In this document: positions 35,282-48,989 of the stretch, piece by piece
Numbering within the stretch: position 1 is the first letter of the stretch
Layout: every line of letters starts with the position of its first letter
Assembly (NCBI GenBank): GCA_051294375.1
Contig: CM119268.1
Coordinates: forward strand, 19,536,625-19,600,624
DNA from: Paraspadella gotoi
Taxonomy: Eukaryota; Animalia; Chaetognatha
Length of the DNA: 64,000 nucleotides
Reading direction: 5' to 3'
The notes under the pieces: generated by a model
Databases searched by the model: none
Seen by the model: the letters and a program-made list of their open reading frames with translations, nothing else
Told to the model about the DNA's origin: nothing
Position numbers and translations under genes: made by a program

Positions 35282-37830
35282 TATAGTTTTTTATATTTTT
35301 GACCAAGTTAATGAAATAATTTTTAAAAAAGAATTATACTTTTTGCAAGGAATCTAAATCCGATCTTAAAATGTAAAAAAATGCATTTTTAAATTTTAGC
35401 CTATTATATACTTAATACTATATATAAATATAGCTTACTGGTGTCCAATAATGATACAAATTTAAACAAAAATTACCATAGTTTTTTATTGGTTTTTATT
35501 TTCATGTTTTATATGCTAAATTTTAATTTTAGAAAATTTTATCATGTTCACATCACTCTACTGGACATTGTCCACTGAACAAACTTTGCTTAATTATAAA
35601 TGTGAAGACGCAAAAGAAGTAAAAACAAATTATTGTAATCAAAATATAATTCAGTCTTTCCTTTTCCAAATCTGAAAGAAAAAACAAAAAAAATTCATAT
35701 GCCTTTTATTTAATTTTTAACTCAAAAAACTGTTAAACTTGTACAAACTAGGTTTTAAATGAATCTTGTCTAAAACATTTTGGATAAAATTTATATGTTT
35801 TGGTTCTTTGTTCTTCCTGCTATTGTGGTAGCTCATAAAGCGAGAAAAGGTTTTTGATTTTGAACAACGATTATTTTAGCATAAAAAATGGACATGTTTC
35901 GGTTCAATGTAAGCCTTCATCCAGCGCTGGATGATGATCGAGTTCCTTACATTGAAGCCGCAAACATGTCCATTTTACATGCTAATAAATTCGTTGTTCC
36001 AAAATAAAAAAAAAAAGAATTCCTTAATGATAAAATTTATAAAAAACTATTTCAGAAAGGTGTCCATGACTTAGGCGGCTTTAATTTGAAATCACACCCA
36101 CCTTCTCCTATCTCTTCCTTTTCAAAAGTTATGCAAAACTATATTTTATCACGGAAAGAACTAAGGATTTGAACTACGCAGTTACAAATCTTAGTTAAAT
36201 ACAATTTCTGCAAACGGAAGTATGCTCAATTACCATATTGCGTACAAACCTAAATTTCAAAATAAAACCTCAAGAAAAATTTCTCATCTTAGGAAACATA
36301 TCACTTTATGTTTACCCATGTTCCTTACTCATTCTATTAGCCCATGGTTAAGAAATTCCAAGAAAAACGAGGGGGTCTATGTCCAAATTTTTCGAAATTT
36401 TCTACACCTGTATTAACTGTATCATTCTCGGTCTAATCATATTTTGCATGCCATTTGGTCCAGCATAACTGATCAGAGGACAGGAATGCTTTGTTATATA
36501 CAAATTTCAGACAAAGTAAATTCAAAAGGATATATTTTTTTTACCGGCAAATGAAATTTTATTTTTCTTTTTCTTTGCGTCATAAGGGGCGAGCAGGCCG
36601 CCGCGCGGGGTTTTTAGTCGGATCTGCTTATCAGCAGATCCCGACTCTAAATCACTTTGTCGGGTCCGTCGGTCCGCCCCCTCAATATTGTTCGGGCACT
36701 AACTTATATCATGTCAGAACATCGAATTCTTCGATAAAATCTAATTGCAAAAATAATGATGTTCCGCCGTCCGTCCGTCCGTCCGTTCGTCAGTTCCGTC
36801 CCAGCTTAGCCAAAAAAACACCAATTTACTGTTCGTTGATTGAATGGATGGATTTGAATGAAATTTTTGTGTCCGGGTAAACTGTGTGGCAGGAAAGTGT
36901 GTGATTGAGACTGATATTAAGTTTTCGATGAATCGTCCGAGTGGAAATGATTTTAAAGGAAAAACCTAAAAGAATTATACATTCACTATTGAAACACCAA
37001 TTGCCCTCGATGGTGGATGGCGCCGATTGACTGGAATTTTGTATGTGAGCTGAGGAAGTGTTGTTGAAGATTTTTTTGTATGTGAGGTAGGAAAGTGTAG
37101 TGAACTATTTTTCTGTCGACCGACCTGGCAAATGTTCCTGATCAAAACTGGAGCCAACTTACCGCTGTCTACGACACAGACGAACGATGACGACGACTGG
37201 CGAAGGATTCTTTCTTTTGTCTTCACCCCGCGGAGAACGAGCTTGCGTGTTTTCACCCGCCACGACGAAACTGATCAAAGAGGAAAAGTCGCGAATAAAA
37301 GAAATTGAGACTTTATTTGAACACGCAACCCAATTCCTTGAGAAACTCGTAAATACGGAGAAGTTTCTTCCCGGGCGAAACAGTTTTTTGTGAGATAGCG
37401 CAAACGAATACGCATCGAAAAATCTCATGAAAATGGACTCGCGAGAATACTTCCCGGAAATTTGACCATAAAATGAATTGGCCTAAAAGTGCCCGTCAAA
37501 TGACCTGGAAAAGAGCTTAAAGCGAGGGCAAGATATATTTTATACAACGACACGATGAACAATAATTGAAGAACAACAACGATGCATGACGACATTTGAC
37601 GACAACGACGAACACGATAGCGACGAACGACAGCAACGGCGACGACAAACGACGAGGAGGACGACGACGGCGATTTCCGTCGACACAACTTGCGCTTTTT
37701 CTCTTTCCTTTTCTTCATCATAAATTTCCATTACTTTTGCTTTTTGAAACTGAAAGGTTGACTGCCTTCGCATGGTAATCAGATCCGTAAAAAGAAAGAG
37801 GATTAGAGATTGAGTGAATGGCGTGGGACT

Positions 37831-37868
<38 letters not shown>

Positions 37869-38527
37869 AGCAGAGAGGAGAGAGAGAGATGAGAGAGAGA
37901 GAGAGGAGAGTGAGAGAGAGAGAAGATTGTATTTACATACGATACTATTGAATTATTATTATACTATTTCAAAGATACAAATTTCTTTATGTCGACTTTG
38001 TGTTCCGCCATCACAGCGATCCACGGCATTTCGGTCATCGACCAATATTCGCAACCAGCTGTATAATTATCGACAGTATCGGACGACATCCACGTTTGTC
38101 ATCTTTGTCTGTTCGGTCGAATCCGTCTGTCCGTTCATTTTCTTTGGTCGAAAACTAAACAGACCCTGTGTTACTTTCCATCATTAGCATTCTCGCGGGA
38201 AAAATAGTAAAGACGCCGCCTCTGGTTACGTCTCTCTCTTTGCGACTTCGCTCGTACTTGTAACTTTGTTTCAAAAGTCGATAAATGTCTTTTTATTATT
38301 CTCTCTTTTTTATTTCTTTTTTATTTTTTTTTACTGTACTTTTTTTTGTGGGCGAGCGATTGTGGTTCAGGCTGCTATCCCTTCTTACATAGCCGGACAA
38401 GCTGGACCCTGTGAAGCTTTGTATGAAGACTAGTTTGAGCGTCCAAAAATCGATTAATGTTTTTATGAAGCGTATTATTTTATTTTTCTTTGCTACTTAT
38501 CTCTTTGCGCTCTCTCTCTCTCAATCT

Positions 38528-38587
<60 letters not shown>

Positions 38588-41500
38588 CTCCATCAAGACT
38601 CATTTCAATTGCATTTGGTTTTCGGTTCAGTCCTGCTTTAGAATTCGTCCACAATTCATTTTTTCTCCCATTTTGTTTTCTACGCTGTTTTTCTTCCTCT
38701 GTAAGATTCTTTCCTACTTTTTTCCTCCTTGTCCTCTTTCTATTATTATTATTTCATTTTTTTTTTTCCTCCTCCCTTCCCCCTCTCGTCGCCGCCAGGC
38801 TCAATAATTAAACGGAGGCAAACAAAAAGAAAGAGAAAAAAATACGGTAATCAGTTGTCGATTCTCTTTTTCCTCGCCTTCTTTCCAAATAATGAACTAT
38901 AAATAACAATACGAGAGCTAGAGAAAAAAAAAGTATCCGCCTTATGTACTCTCTCTCTTCTCTCTCTCTCTCCTCTCTCTCTCTCCTCTCTCGTCTCTCT
39001 CTCCTCTCCTCTCTCTCTCTCTCTCTCTCTCTCCTCTTCTCTCCTCTTTCTCTCCCGCTCACTACGCAGCCTTGAGAACGAGCAGGAAACATGAAGGCTT
39101 TTAAAGTATGAAGAAAGAAAAAAACAAGAGCAACGCGCATTCGAAAAATCGATAACTATGGAGGAAGTACAAAATAAAAACAGGCCCGCGCGGTTGTTGT
39201 TGTTGTGTTTGTTGTCATGGAATTCCGTTTTGTTGTCTTTGTCATCGTAGTGTTAGTGATTCTTGTCTTTTCATGTCCTTTTCGCTTTTCAAAACGTTTC
39301 CTGTTTTTGAAATTGGTAAATACAACCAAATAAACAATTTATTAAAGCATCCATTTATTTAATAAATAAGCATCTTGCACTTCTTTGCAGGCTTGGGTGG
39401 GTTTAAGGGCCTCCATCACTATTAAAATTAATGATGCATAACAGGTTTCAATCAAGACTTTCTCACGTTCGTTGGTTTTATTTTACTACCGGTACAAGTA
39501 TACCTGCTTCCCCCTAAATTATATGAGCTGGTTTATAATGTTGTTCAATAGAATGTTCAATTGTATAAAAGGACCAATCCCTTAATATTGGTCGGGAAAT
39601 ACGTATGTTGTACTCTACATGAGCATCAAAATAAAAGGAGCCTATTTTGTTGTTGTTATTTTATCTTTCGGACCGGTTTTCTATGATCTTGTTTATTATC
39701 GGTTGATTTTTTTTTTTCACGTCAAGCAGTCAATCCTGACTAAATCTCATTTTCATTTTTTCNNNNNNNNNNNNNNNNNNNNNNNNNGTTTTATATGCTA
39801 AATTTTAATTTTAGAAAATTTTATCATTTTCACATCACTCTACTGGACATTGTCCACTGGACAAACTTTGCTTAATTATAAATGTGAAGACGCAAAAGAA
39901 NNNNNNNNNNNNNNNNNNNNNNNNNNNNNNNNNNNNNNNNNNNNNNNNNNNNNNNNNNNNNNNNNNNNNNNNNNNNNNNNNNNNNNNNNNNNNNNNNNNN
40001 NNNNNNNNNNNNNNNNNNNNNNNNNNNNNNNNNNNNNNNNNNNNNNNNNNNNNNNNNNNNAAAAAAAATCAACCGGATAATAAACAAGATCATAGAAAAC
40101 GTCAAAGATAAAATACCAAAAACAAAATTTAGCTCCTTTTATTTTGATCCTCGTGCAGAGTACAACATAGTATTTCCCGATCCAATATTTAAGGGATTGG
40201 TCCTTTTATACATTGAAACATTCTTTGAAACATTATACCACTTCATTAATAGGGAAGCCAGGTACTCCGGTAGTAAATAAACAAGACTGTGAGAAAGTCT
40301 TGATTGAAACCTGTTATGTCATTATCTTGTAAGAGTGATGGAGGCCTTAAACCACCAAAGCCTGTCCAAAGAAAGTGGCAAGATAGCTTATTTATTAAAT
40401 AAATGGATGTTTAATAAATTGTTTATATTGGTTGTATTTACCAATTTCAAAAACGGAACGTTTATAGACGAAAAGGAAATGAGAAAGACAAGAATCACTA
40501 CGATGATGACAAAGACAACGAAAACGGAATCCATGACAACAACAACAACCGCGGGGCCTGGTTTATTTCTGTATTCCTCCATGTTATCGATTTTTCGATG
40601 CCGTTGCTCTTTTTTTTCTTTCTTCATCTTTAAAAGCCTTCATTTTCTGCTCGTTTCAAGGCTGCTAGTGAGCGGGAGAGAGAGAGAGANNNNNNNNNNN
40701 NNNNNNNNNNNNNNNNNNNNNNNNNNNNNNNNNNNNNNNNNNNNNNNNNNNNNNNNNNNNNNNNNNNNNNNNNNNNNNNNNNNNNNNNNNNNNNNNNNNN
40801 NNNNNNNNNNNNNNNNNNNNNNNNNNNNNNNNNNNNNNNNNNNNNNNNNNNNNNNNNNNNNNNNNNNNNNNNNNNTTTTTTTTCTCTCCAGTCTTGTTTG
40901 TATTTATAGTCAATTATTGGAAAAGAAGGCGAGGAAAGAGAATCGACACGATTATCGTATTTTTCTTTTTTTTCTGCCTCCGTTTAATTTGAGCCTGGCG
41001 GCGACGGGAGGGAGGAAGGGAGGAAAAAAAATGAAATAATAATGAAAAAAAAAGAAGGAACGGAAGGGAAAAGAGGAAAGAAAGAATCTACAGAGGAAGA
41101 AAAACAGCGTAGAAAACAAAATGGGAGATAAAAAATGATTGGGACGAATTCTAAAGCAGGACTGAACCGAAAACATATGCAATTGAATGANNNNNNNNNN
41201 NNNNNNNNNNNNNNNAAAGAGATAAGTAAGCAAGAAAAATAAAATAATACGTTCATAAAAACATTAATGATTTTTGGACCTCATAAACTAGTCTTCATAC
41301 AAAGCCTACAGGGTCCAGCTATGTCCGGCTATGTAAGAAGGATAGCAGCCTGAAACCACAATCGCTCGCCCAACAAAAAAAAAAAAAAACAGTAAAAAAA
41401 AATAAAAAAGAAAGAAATAAGAGAGAATAATAAAAAGAAACATTTATCGACTTTTGAAACAAAGTTACAAGACGAGCGAAGTCACGCAAAGAGAGAGACG

Positions 41501-41779
41501 TAACCAGAGGCGTCTTTACTATTTTTCCCGCGAGATGCTAATGATGGAAAGAGTAACACAGGGTCTGTTTATTTTCGACCAGAAGATGAACGGACAGACG
41601 GATTGAGACAGACAAAGAGACAAACGTGGATGTCGGCGATACTGTCGATAATATAGCTGGTTGCGATATTGTCGATGACCGAAATGCCGTGGATGCTGTC
41701 GATGCGGAACACAAAGTCGACATAAAGAAAATTTGTATCTTTGAATAGTATAATAAATAATTCAATACTACGTATTAAA

Positions 41780-41892
<113 letters not shown>

Positions 41893-42589
41893 CCCACCCA
41901 TTCACTCAATCTCTATCCTCCTTTCTTTTTACGGATCTGATTACCATGCGAACGGCAGAGTCAACCTTTCAGTTTCAAAAGCAAAAGTAATGGAAATTTA
42001 TGATGAAGAAAAGGAAAGAGAAAAAGCGCAAGTTGTGTCGACGGAATCGCCGTCGTCGTCCTCGTCGTCGTCCTCGTCGTCGTTGTCGTCGCCGTTGTTG
42101 TCATCGTCGCTGTCGTCGTCGCTATCGTGTTCGTCGTTGTCGTCAATGTCGTCATCATCGTTGTTGTCTTCAATATTGTCATCGCTGTCGTTGTTAAATA
42201 TATCTTGCCTCGCTTAAGCTCTTTTCCATCATTTGACCACTTTTAGGCCAATTCATTTTACGGTCAAATCTTCCGGGGCAGTTTTCTCCCGAGTCCATTT
42301 TCAGAGATTTTTCGATCGTAGTTCGTTTCGCTTAAAATCTCACAAAACTGTTTCGCCCGGAAGAAACTCCGTATTTACGAGTTTCTCAAGGAATTGTTTC
42401 GTGTTCAATAAAGTCTCATTTCTTTATTCGCGACTTTTCTCTTTGATCAGTTTCGTCCGGGTGAAAACACGAACGCTCGTCTCCGCGGGCGTGAAGACAA
42501 AGAAAGATCTTCGCAGTCGTCGTCATCGTCGTCGTCGTAGACAGCGTAAGTTGCTAGAGTTTTGATCAGGAACATTTCCAGGTCGGTCG

Positions 42590-43044
42590 ACAGAAAAATT
42601 CTTCACACACTTTCCTACTCGCATACAAAAAAAATCTTCACACACTTTCCTACTCACATACAAAATTCCAGGTCAATCGCCCCATCCACTCATGAGCAAT
42701 TGGTGTTCAAATAGTGAATTATATTTTTTGGTTTTTTCCATTTAAACTCATTTCCACTCGGACGATTCCATCGAAAATTTATATCCAGCTCAATCACACA
42801 CTTCCCTACCCACACACAAAATTTCATTCAAATCCATCCATCCAATCACGAGTAATTGGTGTTTTTTGCTAAGGTGGGACGGACTGACGGACGGACGGAC
42901 ATCATTTTTTTTGCATAATTTATCATAATTCGATGTTCTGACATGATATAAGTTAGTGCCCGACAATATTGAGGGGGCGGACCGACGGACCGACAAAGTG
43001 AATTATAGAGTCGGGATCTGCTGATAAGCAGATCCGACTAAAAA
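42590..43044 (-). mobile_element. HINE-like element 5' portion (mirror at about 36610-37110)
   Basis: Conserved blocks, (GGAC)n, and terminal GAGTCGGGATCTGCTGATAAGCAGATCCGACTAAAAA. Confidence 0.8.
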
Positions 43045-43698
43045 CCCCGCGCGGCGCTCTCGCCCTTATGACGCAAAGAAAAATAAAAATAAAATTCATT
43101 TGCCGGAAAAAAAAAATATCCTTATTGAATTTACTTTGTCTGACAATTTGTACTAACAAGCCATTCCTTCCTGACAGTTATGCTGGACAAATGCATGCAA
43201 AATATGATTAGACGAGAATGATACAGTAAAATACAGTGTAAAATTCGAAATTTGGACTAGACCCCTCGTTTTTCTGATTTCTTAAACCATGAGCTATAAA
43301 TGAGTAAGACGATGGGTACAACATAAAGTGATATGTTTCTAGATGACGAAAAATTTTTCTTGAGGTTTTATTTTGAAATTTAGGTATTGTACCAATAGGA
43401 TAAATTGAGATACTCCCGCTTTGCAGAAATTTGTATTTAACTAAGATTTGTACTGCGTAGTTCAAATCCTTAGTTCTCCGATGATAAAATATAGTTTTGC
43501 ATAACTTTTGAAAGGAAAGAGATAGGAAGGTGGGTGTGATTTCAAATTAAAGCCCTAATCATGGGACACCTTTCTGAAATAGTTTTTATAAATTTTATCA
43601 TTAAAGGAAAAATTTTTTTTTATTTTGAACAACGAATTTATTTAGCATGAAAAATGGACATGTTTCGGCTTCAATGTAAGACTCGATCATCATCAGCG

Positions 43699-43732
43699 CT
43701 GATGAAGGCTTACATTGAAGCCGAAACATGTC
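43699..43732 (+). ncRNA. Minimal type I hammerhead ribozyme-like core
   Basis: CTGATGA-A-GGCTT-ACATTG-AAGCC-GAAA-CAT-GTC: both conserved boxes, 5-bp stem II, palindromic ACATGT stem III and GUC triplet; stem I pairing is not evident. Confidence 0.6.
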
Positions 43733-45944
43733 CATTTTTTATGCTAAAATAATTCGTTGTTCAAAATAAAAACACTTTTCTCCTTTAATGCTACCAATGC
43801 AAAGAAACAAAAGAACCAAAACAATATAAATTTTATCCAAAAATGTTTAGACAAGATTCATTTAAAACCTAGTTACAAGNNNNNNNNNNNNNNNNNNNNN
43901 NNNNNNNNNNNNNNNNNNNNNNNNNNNNNNNNNNNNNNNNNNNNNNNNNNNNNNNNNNNNNNNNNNNNNNNNNNNNNNNNNNNNNNNNNNNNNNNNNNNN
44001 NNNNNNNNNNNNNNNNNNNNNNNNNNNNNNNNNNNNNNNNNNNNNNNNNNNNNNNNNNNNNNNNNNNNNNNNNNNNNNNNNNNNNNNNNNNNNNNNNNNN
44101 NNNNNNNNNNNNNNNNNNNNNNNNNNNNNNNNNNNNNNNNNNNNNNNNNNNNNNNNNNNNNNNNNNNNNNNNNNNNNNNNNNNNNNNNNNNNNNNNNNNN
44201 NNNNNNNNNNNTATAAAATTATAAATTAAAAGTTATTTTCAGTTTGATATAGTTTGGATGTTTACATTCTTGTTTGTGAAAAAAAAAGAGCAGCGAGGAT
44301 CGACGACTTAGCTTTGCAAGGATCGCNNNNNNNNNNTTCAGTTTGATATAAATAGTTTGGATGTTTACATTCTTGTTTGTGAAAAAAAAAAGAGCAGCGA
44401 GGATCGACGACTTTGCTTTGCAAGGATCGCAGCAGCAGAAGCAGCGTCTTTTCTCTCTCTCTCTTCACTTAGAGAAAGAATTCCGCGGTCAAAGAGTTAC
44501 GTCGTTCTTTTCTGGATCGACAGCAGCAGCTGCGATCGGTGGAAAAGCTGAAAGAAATGACTGCGATTGGAGTTTTGGTCGGCCTTCTTCTTGCCGACCG
44601 TGAGAACGCGGCGAGCGCGTCGGGCGCTGCGACGCCGACCCCTTTTCCCTGACACCAGGTGCAGCGTGCCCGCAACGATTTTATGAACTTTAAAGTCTAA
44701 ATGACTCGTATAGAATCGTTGACATATCATTAAAATACTAATAATATCATAAGGATATGTCATTAGTGAAGCTGTTTCAAAAGCGCAATTTCAAATTTGT
44801 TTAAAAATTTTGATACCCGGTATCGTAATGTGAAACGTAAGTATGTGATGTTACATTTTGAGGGACATGTTATGGCTCTAAGTGATCTATAAGTGACTCT
44901 AGAGAGAATGAAAGTTTTGACTTCGTCAATTTTGACAATGTATTTTAAACTTGGCTTCCCCAGTTGAGAGTCAGGTTTAGAACAAGAGTTTGAAAGTAGC
45001 AATATAATGGATGTAATAAAATAATGCATGCATATTTTAAAATTAATATATTATTAATTATTAACTTATAACTAGTTAATTTTATAACAAGTTTTCTTTG
45101 AAATGGAGAAATCATTTTAAGAATATTTTAGGAATGTTTTGGAAATATATATATATATGTATATAAGATTTTTTGAAAAAAATAAAATTTTTTCATTGCC
45201 TATGCATTGATAAATATTATAATGCTTCAGAGTTATACTATGCTTCTCTGGTAAAAGAAGTGATAGTAATATTTATAAAGTGTATTGTGGACAAGTAAAT
45301 TTTATATTACAGGACTCCTAATGATAAAAGTGACCAATTTTGACCCACCTTAATGAATACCGAGTGGGACTATGAAAATGTTTGGAGAATAAAATGTGTT
45401 TTATTCGAATTCTTATATAAAATAAGATGGAGTATATTAATAAATGTGTTATGGTTTGGAAATATGTCAAAAATAAATATCAATGTAAGTGTATTTTTTT
45501 TGTAAAGATGATCTTTAGTAAGAGTAAACTGTCATCATTTGTTTTTTTCATGATTTTCTTATTATTATATACTTAAATGAACTCTTTAACTAAGTGATTA
45601 GTTAAATAATCGACTAAATATGTAATTCTACCAAATTATATGTTTTATTGGAGAATAACTTAATTTTACATTTTTAAGATAAAATGTGATTAGGTTTCAA
45701 AGAACCAAACTACAACAATAGCTAAAATATTAGGAATCAAATATGGTGAAGAAGATTCCCTGGGGGGGTTTCTCAGTTTCAGATGAGAATATTGTTTGAG
45801 CAGTGCTTAATCTCGACTAAATATTAACTCAATCCATATATCAAAAGATAAAAGTAGAATAATAATTTTATTAATTATTCAAAATCCAATAATCATTGAG
45901 AGACGTGCATCAGCATGACAGATACGCAACAGCGCCAAGATGCA

Positions 45945-46040
45945 GCAGCAGAAGTAGTAGTAGAGTCGAGACGCAGCAACAGTAGCAGTAGAGCCGAGAA
46001 GCAGCAACAGTAGCAGTAGAGCCGAGACGCAGCAACAGCT
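45945..46040 (+). repeat. ~30-bp tandem repeat, about 3 copies (GCAGCAACAGTAGCAGTAGAGCCGAGAC)
   Basis: Directly visible. Confidence 0.8.
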
Positions 46041-46700
46041 CAAAGCTTCATGAAAGCTTAAAATTAATTAACATATTCAAGTAATTTTACAAATATCTTT
46101 TAATTCCTGATGGTCTCAGAAGAATCTCTCAAAAATTAAGAATTTACTCTCCTTCTTTATACAAGGACAAAATTATAGCAACCAATGAGAGGAGAGTTCA
46201 CATTTTGAGAAAAAAATCAAAACATCTACTAGTTATTATTAACCAATGAGAGACCAGTTATTCAAATTCAATGTATAAAATTCAACCAATTAGAGGCTTT
46301 AAACAAAATTATTGGAGTCGTTAAATTAAACTTTTTTTTTCAAATTCAGATATTTGAGCCTTCCAAAAGTAAAAGGTCAGGGCTCAATTAAGCGTGATCT
46401 GTCTCTGCGTCTTATACAAATAGAAGTCAAATAAAATTCAAGCTCAAAGGTCAACCAAAGATGTCGCAATATGTCAGTATGCCAGTAAGTCACCAAACAT
46501 TCGTTAACTGGGTCCGCTTTGTTTTTAATGTCAGCACAGAGCAAGGGTGCACACAGAGGCTCGAATTATAAGCACCACCCTGCAAAATTCCCTAACTCCT
46601 CATTCGCCCCGCCAATCAAGTATGGTGGGGTTTATCTCTCTCTCTCTCACTTTCTCTCTCTAGCCCAAAGCCCGTTTCTTTAATACAATTCAATTCAAAA

Positions 46701-46768
<68 letters not shown>

Positions 46769-47523
46769 CAACAGATCAGATATCAAATTAATTTCAAAAT
46801 AGCCAGAGATGACACTTTTCATGAAAAATTAAACCTAAGACCGAAATTAAAAACGCCTTATATCGCTGCTCATAGCTTATACTGAGATCCTAAAGAATTT
46901 GAGATTCAAAGGCAAACATGTTTCTATTCAACGAAAGAGAAAGAGAGAGAGAGTGAGAGAGAGAGAGAGAGAGTCCTCTGCTGTGTGAAAGAGCCGTTGG
47001 CGGCGACAAAAAAAGCTCTTTAGAAACTCAAAAACGAGATTAGTTCATTTTTCAACTCCTTTTTTTAGTTCTAAAAACTCCTCAAATTACGGAAAATATT
47101 CTCTCTCTGTCTCACTCTGTCTCTCTCTCCCTCTCTCTGTCTCTTTCTTTTTCTGTCTTAATTTTCTTTCTCTCTCTCTCTCTCTCTCTCTCTCGTTTCC
47201 TCTTTTCATTTTTTTTCTTTCACTCTTTCTTTCCCTTTTCTCTTTTTCTCATCTTATAGTGGGTTCCGGATATACAATTAATCGTATAAAAGTTTTGCTT
47301 CATCTCGTTAAGTAGAGATTGGGTTATGGGTTTTAAATAAAAGGATAAAAGAGCAGAAATGGGTCGCATTTGTAATATAGAGCCGTCCTCGAATTTATTG
47401 ACGCCACGTTGTCTCTTTCTCCTTTGCTTCGAGTCCGTGTCGAGTTTGTGAAGACATTGATAATTCGTTCCCTCTACTTTTTTTTCTTTTTTGAAACTTT
47501 CTAAAGCCTCCTTTTCTCTCTAT

Positions 47524-47635
<112 letters not shown>

Positions 47636-47889
47636 TAAAAAGAAAATTGATTGGCTTCTCCATTTCTCCCTTTTTAGTTGCGCCGCGAGCAACTCTCTAA
47701 TTCTCTTTTCGATCGGTCTTTCGGTCGGTCCGTCGGTCGGTCAGTATATCTGTCATCGGTCTGTCCGACTTAAGTTAAAATGCATATAGTTTGCCTATAA
47801 TTGGTTGCTCTTTTCTTCAGAGAGAAAAAATCTCAAATTTAAGGGACTGCGAGCGCCGCCTCCAGGAAATCCTAAAACTAAAAAGACGT

Positions 47890-48056
47890 TCGGTCATTTC
47901 GAATAGAATTATTTATTAACAAAATAATCTGTCCAACACTGAGCCAACCAGACTGAGTTTCGATTTAAAGTTTTAAAGTTGATTTGAAGCCTTTTGTTTG
48001 TCTCTAAATCAAATAATTTCCATCAGATGTCATTTCTATAATTCGCTCGCAATTGA
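47890..48056. mobile_element. Left half of second TG...CA element copy
   Basis: Collinear with 34860-35077 (ATTTCGAATAGAATTATT, CCAACACTGAGCCAA, GCCTTTTGTTT, AGATGTCAT, AATTGA), with the B-box part of the tRNA-like segment deleted. Confidence 0.75.
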
Positions 48057-48133
48057 CGTCACCAGTATTTGCTGACGCTGCGCCGTCATTCGACTTATTA
48101 AACACCGCCGCCCACAACTTCACTGACGCTGAG

Positions 48134-48941
48134 ATGGCGTCAGGCGGCGCCCCATCCCAAGAATGGCGCTACGAAAATGAGGAGCATCGAGCAGCCCTCG
48201 CGACGGCGACGCGCGGGTCGCCAAGCGGAAACCGGATCTGCTGGATTTTGATTCATCCAATATCGAGATTTGGATCATGAGGATCGAGGCAGCCTACGTG
48301 CGCACAGGAGTGAACGCCCAAGCTAAAATTTTCCCACTTAGAATCAAAGATTGGAGTAAACGTGGACCCCAAGGTCAACGAATTTCTCTATGGAGACGCC
48401 ACGGAGGCATCATGGCAACGATTCCTTGCCTATCTTCGTAAAGAATACGGCATTACTCGATGCCAGCAAGCGACGACGCTCATCGAAGGCATCGGCGCGG
48501 ACGGTCTCAAGCTGTCGAAACATCTCGCCAAGTTGAAGAAGTCGAGATCCGTCACGATCGACGACAACCACGAGGAATGGATCTTGCGCGAGCTTCCACC
48601 GGAAGTGCGACGCCAGCTCGAGGATAAGGCCGACGAAATATCGGCCGACAATCTTTGCAATATTGCCGACAGCCATTTCAACAATGTTGGAAGCCTCAAG
48701 GTGCGGCAAACCTCTTCTCTCATCCACAACGTCGACCAGGGAATCGGAGGAGGAGAAAGGCGTAAACGCGGTTGCAACCAACTTCAAGAAATCCTTCAAA
48801 GGGAAAAAGCGCCATAACCAAGCCCCCAAAGACAAAGCGAATCCAAAGCTTGTCACATTCTGTCAGAAACACGCCAAGTTCGGTGATGACGCTTGGTTGT
48901 GCGTGGTTGGATGCTCCCGGTACGACGAGAACCAGCGATGA
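48134..48941 (+). pseudogene. gag: gag, frameshifted
   Basis: EIWIMRIEAAY-type N-terminal motif, DGLKLSKHL / EEWILRELPPEVR / IADSHF helical region and C-terminal CQKHAKFGDDAWLCVVGC = C-X2-H-X9-C-X3-C. Confidence 0.82.
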
Positions 48942-48989
48942 CAAGAGGGAAATGCCAAAGGGGGACGGCGCCGGTGATTCTACTCGATC

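Larger units (their letters stand above)
34730..35560. mobile_element. MITE/fold-back family A copy interrupted by the TG...CA element
   Basis: 34737-34850 and 35282-35560 are collinear with 637-750 and 778-1065; the centre is replaced by 34860-35281. Confidence 0.75.

Noticed and set aside
35855-36010. Independent second copy of the hammerhead hairpin
   Set aside because: It is the mirror of 43617-43772 within the probable artefactual palindrome.
44238-44428. ~90-bp direct repeat
   Set aside because: Copies flank a 10-N gap; typical unmerged contig overlap.
48052-48064. GTCACCA as the Gypsy primer-binding site
   Set aside because: It would read TGGTGAC only on the minus strand, opposite to gag-pol, and is too short to support.
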